This document shows, piece after piece, positions 54,275 through 64,000 of a stretch of 64,000 nucleotides of DNA. The notes under the pieces are model-generated. The model was not told the origin of the DNA, searched no databases, and saw only the letters and a program-made list of their open reading frames with translations. Numbering within the stretch: the stretch's first letter is position 1; the number at the start of each line of letters is the position of its first letter. Source of the DNA: Acidobacteriota bacterium (GTDB lineage Bacteria > Acidobacteriota > Thermoanaerobaculia > Gp7-AA8); the NCBI GenBank assembly GCA_019247495.1, contig JAFAOU010000081.1, positions 3,410 through 67,409 on the forward strand. The letters run 5' to 3'. The position numbers and the translations under genes are program-made.

Positions 54275-55849
54275 GTGAAATCCGTCCTCCTCGCGCTCCT
54301 GGGATTCGCAGTCGCCGCCGCGCTCAGCGCGCAAACGGAGCCGCCCCTCCGTATCGGCACCATCACCATCCACCCTCTTGATGTGTATTCAGCGTCCGAG
54401 GCCGGACACGGAGCGCTCTACAAACTCGCCGACCGGCTGCATATCGAGACGCGCAAATCGGTCATCGAGAAGTTTCTCCTCTTCCGCGAAGGCGATCCGT
54501 ACAGTCCGCCGCGGCTGGCCGAGACGGAGCGCAATCTGCGCGCGCTCGGCTTCCTCAAGTCGGCCTCGGTCGTTCCATCTGAGCCGCACGACGGCGTCGT
54601 CGACGTCACCGTGACGACGCAGGATTCGTGGTCGATCGCACCGGAGACGCAAGCCGGCAGCAAAGGCGGCAAAAGCACCGTCGGCGCGACGCTCGCCGAG
54701 ACCAACCTCCTCGGGCTCGGAAAAGATCTTGAGCTCGGATGGCAGAACGGCGTCGACCGCTCCCGCATCGGCGTCGCCTACACCGATCCGGCTTTCTTCG
54801 CGCCTTACTGGAAAGCCAACTTCGGCTACGGCGTGAACTCCGATGGTTACGACCATCGCTTCGAGGTCACGCGGCCGTTCTACTCCTTCGCCACGCCGTG
54901 GGCGACGGACGTTTCCTTCACCGGCTTCCGCCAGTTCGATCATCTCTACGGAGGCGGCGTTGAAACCGAGCGGTTCCGGCAACAGCATCGCGAGATCGGC
55001 GCGAGTTTCGGCGTTGCTCTCGATCCCAACGACGTCACGGCGCATCGTCTCACCGCCGGGGTTCGCGCCATCGACGACTCATTCGCGCTGATGAATCGCC
55101 GCGTGGTGCAGAACCTCCCCGCGAATCGTGAGTTCCGCTACCTCTTCGTCCGGTACGACAGCTCCGCCAACGACTTCGTGAAACTCAACTTCGTCAACAA
55201 GGACATCCGCTACGAGGACTTCAACCTCGGCCGCCAGTATTCGGTCGAAGCAGCGATCTCGCCGCAGTCGCTCGGCGCGGACCGGACCACGTCGTACTTC
55301 CGCGTCGCCGCGGGCGACGGCAAGTGGCTCGGCGACGGCTTCATGATGCCGGCGGTTGCGCTGTCGTCGCGGCTGGACGGCGGACCGCAGAACACGCTCG
55401 CCGGCACCTCGGTGCTCTACGTCCGCCGCGGCGGACGAACGTCGCATCCGACAACCTTCCTCAGCCGCCTCTCGATGAGCAGCGGCTGGCGCATGGACGG
55501 CGAGCAGCAATTCTTCGCCGACGGCCTGACCGGACTTCGCGGCTATCGCGCGCACGCGTTCGCCGGCAGCCGGGCCATCGTGCTGAATGTCGAAGAGCGT
55601 CTCTACCTCGGCCGCGAGATTCTGCAGCTGGCGTCGCCCGGCGTCGTCGTTTTCGCGGACGCCGGCAACGCCACCAGCGGCGGCTTCACGAACCTGATGC
55701 ACGTGAAAAGCGACATCGGCATCGGCCTGCGCATGGGCCTCCCGCGAACCCCGAAAAACCTGCTGCGCATCGACCTCGCCTACGCCCTCAACCGCGACCC
55801 GCTCGGGCGAAAGGGATGGCTTATCGCCTTTTCGAGCGGGCAGGCGTTT

Positions 55850-55852
<3 letters not shown>
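54275..55852 (+). CDS. Omp85 (BamA/TamA)-family outer membrane protein with one POTRA-like domain
   Basis: GTG start, signal 'VKSVLLALLGFAVAAALSAQ'. POTRA-like 'IGTITIHPLDVY...RNLRALGFL'. C-terminal beta-barrel ending 'LIAFSSGQAF'. Confidence 0.8.
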
Positions 55853-58176
<2,324 letters not shown>

Positions 58177-58232
58177 CCGAAGCGCGCGAAGGATGACATA
58201 GGGATCAAGCCGAATGGACGCAGTATGAGGCC

Positions 58233-58390
58233 GGAACGCTGGCATCACGCCGGCTGGCTCGGCGGCGTCCTCGCCGCCGAATGGGAAGCTTGCGCCGCCA
58301 TCGTGTTACCAGCAAATGTTGAGGGTTTGGCGGTTCGGCGGCGAGACGCCGCCGAGCCAGCCGGCGTGACGCCAGCGTTCCGTCGCGCGC
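58233..58390. repeat. Long-stem hairpin element, copy B
   Basis: The left arm 58233-58281 pairs almost perfectly with the right arm 58334-58381. The apex is identical to copy A over 25 nt. It lies in a divergent intergenic region. Confidence 0.85.
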
Positions 58391-58427
58391 AGTCACGACA
58401 TCATCGACTTGTCATAAGGTCCGCATC

Positions 58428-59201
58428 GTGATCATCGCGCAGCTCGTTCTTCCTGGCGCTTCCGAGTACGAGCGCAAATCGCAGCGGATTGATTTCGCGT
58501 CACTTTCGGCCGAGCACGACGTGCGCATCGGCGAAGCGGCGAATGCGGATTTGATTCACGTGTACGCGCCGGACGAGATGTTCGTCCAGCTCGATCTGCC
58601 GTACGTCAGCAATGCCCGCTTGCGCCGCCGGCGTTTTCGGCGAACGACGCCACCGGAGCGCGTTATCACTCCATTGAAAGAGACGGCCGAGTCATTCATC
58701 CCCGAGGCCGTTGAGGAGAACTATTTCGCGGGTGAGAAAAGACGAGCTGAAAAACCAACCATCGGCACATTCGCCCGACCGCACCTGCGCAACATCATCG
58801 AACAGACTGCCGCGCGGATTCAGCGATACCGCGATGACGTCGACTGGCTGCTCTTCGACATCACCCCATCGCCGGACGATCTACGTGGCGTAGATGTGTG
58901 GGTCGATCCGGCCCTGACTGAAAACGACTTCGACGGATTCGTGGCCGAGGCTATCGTCGCGGGAACCGCAGTCATAGCCTCGCGTACCGCGATCAACGTG
59001 CAGCGGCTCGAGAAAGGGCGTACCGGCGTACTCGTTCCGCCCGGCGATCCCAACGAATGGACTCATGCAATACTAGCCGGCCTGTTCAAGCCGGAGCTCG
59101 GTCACAGCAAGACGGTCGCCGCCCAACAGACTGCTTCGAAATTCAGGCCGCGGCACCGCGCCCGGGCTCTGATCGAACTTTACGAATCCATCCTTCAATG
59201 A
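58428..59201 (+). CDS. Glycosyltransferase family 1/4-like protein (C-terminal Rossmann half recognisable; short)
   Basis: 257 aa, GTG start. 'FVAEAIVAGTAVIASRTAINVQRLEKGRTGVLVPPGDPNEW' resembles the GT4 E-x7-E region. The N-terminal half is atypically short. Confidence 0.55.
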   Translation: MIIAQLVLPGASEYERKSQRIDFASLSAEHDVRIGEAANADLIHVYAPDEMFVQLDLPYVSNARLRRRRFRRTTPPERVITPLKETAESFIPEAVEENYFAGEKRRAEKPTIGTFARPHLRNIIEQTAARIQRYRDDVDWLLFDITPSPDDLRGVDVWVDPALTENDFDGFVAEAIVAGTAVIASRTAINVQRLEKGRTGVLVPPGDPNEWTHAILAGLFKPELGHSKTVAAQQTASKFRPRHRARALIELYESILQ

Positions 59202-60424
59202 TCCGTCTCGAAAACCTGCCCAACGCGCAAAAGCGCGGCCTCGATCTCGTCAAGGAAGTCGCCACCGAAAAGGAGTTGCGCCCGTTCCTCGTCGGCGGTC
59301 CCGTGCGCGACCTCCTCCTCGGACGGCATGACGTCATCGACATCGACCTGACGCTCGAAGACGACGCTTCGACGCTGGCCCGCGCGGTCGCGAAGAAAAT
59401 CAACGGACGGCTGCGCTCCTTCCCGCAATTTCTCACGTACAAAATCACCGCCGACGGATTGCCGGAGATCGATATCGCCACGGCGCGCAAGGAGCGCTAC
59501 CGCTCGCCGGGCGCGCTGCCGACCGTGACTGCCGGGCGGCTGAAGGACGATCTTCTCCGCCGCGATTTTTCGATCAACGCCATGGCCCTCGATCTCACCA
59601 CGGGCGAGTTGCACGATCCGTCCGGCGGCGAGCGCGATCTCGCCGCGATGGCAGTGCGCGTGCTGCACGATCAAAGTTTCATCGACGACCCGACGCGCAT
59701 CTACCGCGCCGTCCGCCTGGCCACGCGTCTCGGCTTTTCGCTCGAAGCGCACACCGCGCGCTTGCTCGACCGCGCCGTAGCCGAGGGGGCGCTGGCGTCG
59801 ATCGCGCGCGAACGGATCTGGCGCGAGCTCTTCCTCGCGTTCGAAGAGGAATCCGCGCCGAACGCCGTCGCCGCATTGAGCGCCGCCGGCGTTCTCGAAG
59901 TGCTCTTCGGAAGGCGCCCTTTCGACCGTGATCTCGAAGACCGGCTGCGTCGAACAGCATCGGCACTCGACGGCACAAGCCTCGATCGCCAGGTGATGTA
60001 CACCGCCGCGTTGCTGCACGGCAACGCATCGCCTGTCGATCTGGAAGGCTCCGGCTTTTCACAGAAGCGCGCGAGGAACGTCGTTCAACTCGCGAATGAA
60101 CTGCCGCGGTTCACCGACGCGCTTGCGGAGACGACGTCCGATCACCAGCGCTTCCGCCTCTTCAAGCACGCCTCGCCGGAAATGTTGAGCATCGTGGCCG
60201 CTGCAGTGCCCGAGGAGCAGTCGAACGTAGTCCGTTTTCAGGAGTTTCAGTCGTTCAAGCTCCCGCTGCGCGGCAACGACCTCGAAGTGCCCCTCGGACC
60301 GCACGTCGCCAAGGCGCTGGAGCGAACGCGCGAGGCCGTCTTCACGGGCGAGATCGAGCATGCTGAAGCGAAGACGTTTGCGCGCGAGATGGCGATCAAG
60401 TACCTTGATTCGAGTGGTCAGTAG
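59198..60424 (+). CDS. cca: CCA-adding enzyme / poly(A) polymerase-family tRNA nucleotidyltransferase
   Basis: ATGA overlap with the upstream gene. 'FLVGGPVRDLLLGRHDVIDIDLT' and 'RRDFSINA' motifs. Confidence 0.85.
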   Translation: MIRLENLPNAQKRGLDLVKEVATEKELRPFLVGGPVRDLLLGRHDVIDIDLTLEDDASTLARAVAKKINGRLRSFPQFLTYKITADGLPEIDIATARKERYRSPGALPTVTAGRLKDDLLRRDFSINAMALDLTTGELHDPSGGERDLAAMAVRVLHDQSFIDDPTRIYRAVRLATRLGFSLEAHTARLLDRAVAEGALASIARERIWRELFLAFEEESAPNAVAALSAAGVLEVLFGRRPFDRDLEDRLRRTASALDGTSLDRQVMYTAALLHGNASPVDLEGSGFSQKRARNVVQLANELPRFTDALAETTSDHQRFRLFKHASPEMLSIVAAAVPEEQSNVVRFQEFQSFKLPLRGNDLEVPLGPHVAKALERTREAVFTGEIEHAEAKTFAREMAIKYLDSSGQ

Positions 60425-60507
60425 ATTAGTGATTAGTAGATTAGTAGATTAGAAAGCGGACCGAGGCACGCCTCTAATCCACTGATCGACGAATCCACTA
60501 ATCGACT
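60422..60507. repeat. GATTAGT-unit hairpin; starts at the cca TAG stop and ends 3 nt before the next ATG
   Basis: TAGATTAGTGATTAGTAGATTAGTAGATTAG - loop - CTAATCCACTGATCGACGAATCCACTAATCGACT. Confidence 0.85.
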
Positions 60508-60510
60508 CGT

Positions 60511-61317
60511 ATGAACAGCCTTCTCCCACTCGCAGTGCTCTTCCTCGCCGCGGCGCAGTCCCAAACGCCGCAGCCGGCACCGCCGCCCAATCCCGCGCAC
60601 GACATCAGCCAGGTCGATGAAGCGCCTCTCGGCGGCGCGATCGCCATTCCGCTTCCGGAGCGCGAGCGGAAGAAGCTCGCCAAGTACGACATCCCGGAGC
60701 TCGCCGGCAGCCGGCAGGCTGTAGGTCCGCAGCGCATCGACGGACGTTTGCCGCGGCCGCTCATCGACTACAGCGCGACCTCGACCGACGTCTACCAGCG
60801 GATATCGATCTTCGAAGGTGGACTGGTCGTCGTCGAAGTGCGCGGCACCGGCGGGACGATTCGCAAGAAAGTGCTCATTCCCGACGACGCGCTTCACAGC
60901 TATCTCCATTCGATCTCGCCTTCCGCGCTGGCCTCGGTGCGCGATTCGGAGCTGAGCAAACCTCGCGACACGCGCCGTTCGCTGCTCCGCGCGTATGACG
61001 CACAGCAGAACTTCGTGGAGCGGCAGTTTGATCCGATGGCCACGATGCCGAAGGCGCTCTCCGACCAGGTCGTGCCGCTGCAGGACCTGCTGCGCGCGAT
61101 CTATCAGGACCGCGGCGTCACCAACACCGTGGCGGGTTACATGCCGAAGGCCGGCGACCAGCTCGTCGGCGACGACAAGAAGGTCTACAAGGTCGTGCGC
61201 GTGGTGAGCGACAAGATCGTGGAGTTGCGCTGCCTGAGCCAGCCCGCGACGATTTACGTCGACGTGAAGGACCTCTACAACTACTTCATCGGAACGCCGG
61301 GAGCGGCCAGCCGCTGA
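60511..61317 (+). CDS. Hypothetical exported protein
   Basis: 268 aa. Signal 'MNSLLPLAVLFLAAAQS'. No family recognised. Confidence 0.55.
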   Translation: MNSLLPLAVLFLAAAQSQTPQPAPPPNPAHDISQVDEAPLGGAIAIPLPERERKKLAKYDIPELAGSRQAVGPQRIDGRLPRPLIDYSATSTDVYQRISIFEGGLVVVEVRGTGGTIRKKVLIPDDALHSYLHSISPSALASVRDSELSKPRDTRRSLLRAYDAQQNFVERQFDPMATMPKALSDQVVPLQDLLRAIYQDRGVTNTVAGYMPKAGDQLVGDDKKVYKVVRVVSDKIVELRCLSQPATIYVDVKDLYNYFIGTPGAASR

Positions 61318-61343
61318 ACACGCTGCGCGTCACCACCGGCACG

Positions 61344-61859
61344 TTGCGCGGACGCCGCGTTCCCGTCCCGCCTCGCGAGACCCGCCCGACCTCGGAGCGC
61401 GCGCGGATGGCGTTTTTCAACATCGCCGGTCCGCGCATCGACGGCGCGCACTTTCTCGATCTCTTCGCCGGCAGCGGCGTTTTCTCCTTCGAAGCAATCT
61501 CGCGCGGCGCGGCGTCGTCCACCGCCATCGAGCAGGATCGAAAGAGCGTGGCCACGATCAAGCAACTGGCCGAAGAGTGGGATGCGCCGGTCACCGCTAT
61601 CGCCGGAGACGTCTTCGCGGAAATCCCCCGTCAGCGCGGCCGGTTCTTCGATGTCATCTACGCCGATCCGCCATACTCGTTCGGCCGTTACGACGATTTG
61701 CTCGCTGCGATCGACACCGCGAACGTCCTCAATAACGGTGCTCTCGTCGGCATCGAACATCAACGCCGCAGCGAGCCGTTCACCATCGAAACGAAAACTT
61801 TGAAAGTGCTGCGCCGCGCCGAGTACGGCGAAGTCTGGATTACCTTGTTCACATCATGA
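61344..61859 (+). CDS. rsmD: 16S rRNA (guanine966-N2)-methyltransferase RsmD
   Basis: 'TRPTSERARMAFFNI', 'LDLFAGSG', 'ADPPY'. The true N-terminus may begin a few codons upstream (CTG 61323). Confidence 0.85.
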   Translation: MRGRRVPVPPRETRPTSERARMAFFNIAGPRIDGAHFLDLFAGSGVFSFEAISRGAASSTAIEQDRKSVATIKQLAEEWDAPVTAIAGDVFAEIPRQRGRFFDVIYADPPYSFGRYDDLLAAIDTANVLNNGALVGIEHQRRSEPFTIETKTLKVLRRAEYGEVWITLFTS

Positions 61860-62176
61860 GCATTCGCGAAATCACTCCGACCGAACTGCAGCAACTCCTT
61901 GCCGGCGACAATCCGCCGGCGCTGATCGACGTCCGCGAGGAAGGCGAAGCCGCCATCTGCTCGATCGACGGCTCGACGCTGATCCCGATGAACACGCTGC
62001 CACAGCGCTTGCAGGAGCTCCCGCGCGACCGCGCCGTGGTTCTCTACTGCCACGGCGGCATGCGCTCGATGATGGCCGGCCAGTGGCTGTCGCAACAGGG
62101 ATTCGACGCGCTCTCGCTCGCCGGCGGCATCGATCGTTGGGCGGTGGAGGTCGAGCCGGAAATGGCGCGGTACTAA
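61856..62176 (+). CDS. Rhodanese-domain protein
   Basis: 106 aa. Active-site loop 'CHGGMRS'. 4-nt overlap with rsmD. Confidence 0.85.
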   Translation: MSIREITPTELQQLLAGDNPPALIDVREEGEAAICSIDGSTLIPMNTLPQRLQELPRDRAVVLYCHGGMRSMMAGQWLSQQGFDALSLAGGIDRWAVEVEPEMARY

Positions 62177-62200
62177 TCTGCGTCCATCTGCGGATAAAGG
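62174..62200. repeat. Tandem ATCTGCG units beginning at the TAA stop codon; no complementary arm
   Basis: TAATCTGCGTCCATCTGCGGATAAAGG; compare 45745-45780 (…AATCTGCGGATGAAGG). Confidence 0.7.
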
Positions 62201-62206
62201 AATTGA

Positions 62207-63178
62207 ATGGAACTGACACTCGACGACGAAGGCACACACACTCTCTTCGGCAATCACGACGAAAACCTGCGCATGCTCGAGGACGAGTTCAAGGTCAAGA
62301 TCTCCTCGCGCGGCGGCGAGATTTTCGTCACGGGCTCGCCCGAGAACGTCGCACCGGTCGAGAAGCTGCTCGCGCAGATGCAGCAACTGATCGAGCAGGG
62401 CTATCCGCTCAAGCGCTCCGATATCCACACCGGCATGCGCGTGCTTCGCGATCGCCCCGAGGCCAGCATCGTCGACTTTTTCACCGACGATGCGGTGCAG
62501 GCCTCGGTGCGCCGCGTCGTCACGCCGCGCAACGTCGCCCAGAAGATGTACCTGCAATCCATCCAGGACAACGACATCACCTTCGGCATCGGCCCCGCCG
62601 GAACCGGCAAGACGTTTCTCGCCGTCGCCGCGGCGGCCGGAGCGCTTGCTGACAAGTCAGTGAAGCGCATCGTCCTCTGCCGTCCCGCCGTGGAAGCGGG
62701 CGAGCGCCTCGGTTTCCTCCCCGGCGACATCGCCGAGAAAGTGAATCCGTACTTGCGCCCGCTCTACGACTCGCTCTACGACATCATCGGTTTCGAGAAA
62801 GTGGAGAAGCTGATGGAGCGCAGCATCATCGAGATCGCGCCGCTCGCGTTCATGCGTGGCCGCACGCTCAACGATGCTTTCATCATCCTCGACGAGGCCC
62901 AGAACACCACACCCGAGCAGATGAAGATGTTCCTGACCCGCCTCGGTTTCGGCGCGAAGGCGGTCGTGACCGGCGACGTGACGCAGGTCGATCTCCCCAC
63001 CGGCAGCAAGTCGGGCCTGCGCGTGGTCCGTCAGATCCTCGACGGCATCGACCGCATCAAGTTCTTCGACTTTTCGGACCGTGACGTCGTCCGCCATCCG
63101 GTCGTGCAGCGCATCGTCATGGCGTACGACCGCGCCGACAAAGAGCGCGAGACCGCCGAGAAGCAGGGCAAGGCTTGA
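62207..63178 (+). CDS. phoH: PhoH-family ATPase (YbeZ-like)
   Basis: 323 aa. Walker A 'GPAGTGKTFLAV', 'ILDEAQN', 'TGDVTQVDLP'. Confidence 0.93.
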   Translation: MELTLDDEGTHTLFGNHDENLRMLEDEFKVKISSRGGEIFVTGSPENVAPVEKLLAQMQQLIEQGYPLKRSDIHTGMRVLRDRPEASIVDFFTDDAVQASVRRVVTPRNVAQKMYLQSIQDNDITFGIGPAGTGKTFLAVAAAAGALADKSVKRIVLCRPAVEAGERLGFLPGDIAEKVNPYLRPLYDSLYDIIGFEKVEKLMERSIIEIAPLAFMRGRTLNDAFIILDEAQNTTPEQMKMFLTRLGFGAKAVVTGDVTQVDLPTGSKSGLRVVRQILDGIDRIKFFDFSDRDVVRHPVVQRIVMAYDRADKERETAEKQGKA

Positions 63179-63615
63179 CGAACGTCGAAGTCACCGGCCC
63201 AGCCGTCCCGCGCTTCAGCCGCCGCGAGATCGCCGAATTCGCCCGCCGGGTGCTGATCGCGCTTCGCGTCGATGACGATATCCACGAAGTCTCCATCGCC
63301 ATCGTCGACGACGACGCGATGCGCACCCTCAACCGCAAGTTCCGCAAAAAGAACAAAACCACCGACGTCCTCACCTTCCCCGCCGACGACTCGGACGCTG
63401 ATCCCAACGCGAAAGGCCGCCCGCTCGGCGACATCGTGATCTCCATCGATCAGGCCCGTCGGCAGGCGACGGACCAAAAGCACTCCCTCGCCACCGAAGT
63501 CCGCTACCTCATCCTGCACGGAATCCTCCACGCCCTTGGCTACGACCACGAGACGGACGCCGGCGAGATGAATGCGCTCGAGGTCGATGTGCGATCGGTA
63601 GTCGGTCTCGAATAG
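63175..63615 (+). CDS. ybeY: rRNA maturation endoribonuclease YbeY
   Basis: 146 aa. Zinc motif 'HGILHALGYDH'. 4-nt overlap with phoH. Confidence 0.93.
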   Translation: MTNVEVTGPAVPRFSRREIAEFARRVLIALRVDDDIHEVSIAIVDDDAMRTLNRKFRKKNKTTDVLTFPADDSDADPNAKGRPLGDIVISIDQARRQATDQKHSLATEVRYLILHGILHALGYDHETDAGEMNALEVDVRSVVGLE

Positions 63616-63621
63616 TCAAAG

Positions 63622-63692
63622 GCGTTTCACCACAAAGGCACAAAGGGCACAAAGGCTTTCTTTGTGCTCTTTGTGTCTTTGTGGTGAAACGC
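63622..63692. repeat. CACAAAGG-unit hairpin (variant of the CCACAGAG family)
   Basis: GCGTTTCACCACAAAGGCACAAAGGGCACAAAGG - 5-nt loop - CTTTGTGCTCTTTGTGTCTTTGTGGTGAAACGC, a near-perfect ~33-bp stem. Confidence 0.9.
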
Positions 63693-63705
63693 TTTTAGGG
63701 AGTTA

Positions 63706-64000
63706 TCAGAACCCCTGATCCTTGTGCTCGCCGAACGTCTCCTTCAACTTCGAGACGATCTCGCCCACCGTGCAGTCCTGACGAACGCACTCGACGATCA
63801 GCGGCATCAGATTGCGCCCGTCGCGGGCAGCGGCATCGAGTGATGCGAGTGCCGTAGCGGTATCGCCCGCGCGCCCAGCACGGAACGCGCGAAGACGCGC
63901 CACCTGATCGCGCTCGACCGATTCATCGATCGCCATGATCGGCAGCGTGGCCGAGCCGCCGTCGACGAACTCGTTCACGCCGACGACAATCGCCCGCTTC
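63706..64000 (-). CDS. Methylmalonyl-CoA mutase-family protein, C-terminal end of the catalytic (TIM-barrel) part; partial, continues beyond the window
   Basis: 'VNEFVDGG...DQVARLRAFRAGRAG...ALASLDAAARDGRNLMPLIVECVRQDCTVGEIVSKLKETFGEH' matches the typical end of the MCM large-subunit N-terminal domain. Confidence 0.7.
   Translation of the reverse strand, partial: KRAIVVGVNEFVDGGSATLPIMAIDESVERDQVARLRAFRAGRAGDTATALASLDAAARDGRNLMPLIVECVRQDCTVGEIVSKLKETFGEHKDQGF

Noticed and set aside
54149-54373. 75-codon N-terminal extension of thymidine kinase
   Set aside because: It would overlap the divergent Omp85 gene start (54275) and add an Arg/Gly-rich tail that is absent from known ~200-aa thymidine kinases. 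The TTG at 54148 gives the canonical spacing to the P-loop.
58177-58248. Start of the YfhO-like ORF at GTG 58248 / ATG 58245
   Set aside because: These codons lie inside the left arm of the long hairpin. The ATG at 58176 begins directly at the first TM helix.

Overview
This is 64 kb of high-G+C bacterial chromosome. The organism is a diderm: Kdo biosynthesis genes kdsA/kdsB, an Omp85-family outer membrane protein and a prepilin-type protein are present. Gene content, the giant NHL/Ig protein and the style of the intergenic repeats suggest an Acidobacteriota-like soil bacterium, but that is inference only. I call about 57 protein-coding genes. Most are tightly packed housekeeping genes: ychF, glk, an M16 peptidase pair, DAHP synthase, kdsB-pyrG-kdsA, mgtE, def, rnr, tdk, cca, rsmD, phoH-ybeY and a partial methylmalonyl-CoA mutase. 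There are also signalling proteins (a GAF-GAF-GGDEF cyclase, a SARP+REC regulator, a REC+PP2C phosphatase), two VapBC-type toxin-antitoxin pairs, three large GT-C/YfhO-like membrane proteins and a 2,020-aa secreted NHL-propeller/Ig-repeat protein. I saw no rRNA, tRNA, CRISPR array, transposase, integrase or reverse transcriptase. The most unusual signal is non-coding. (1) Many of the longer intergenic spacers hold a hairpin built from tandem 7-8-nt units (GATTAGT, CCACAGAG, CCAGTGG, GGGAGTC, ATCTGCG and others), often starting exactly at a stop codon. (2) There are two copies of a ~160-nt long-stem hairpin with an invariant 25-nt apex. (3) There is a ~200-bp MITE-like palindrome. (4) A visibly more A+T-rich islet (about 11.55-14.47 kb) carries orphan genes, an XRE regulator and a dense array of a 10-nt palindromic core motif. 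I did not find a convincing multi-gene new system such as a defence operon. The best candidates are ranked in the findings with that caveat. All family assignments come from motif recognition by eye; no searches were run.
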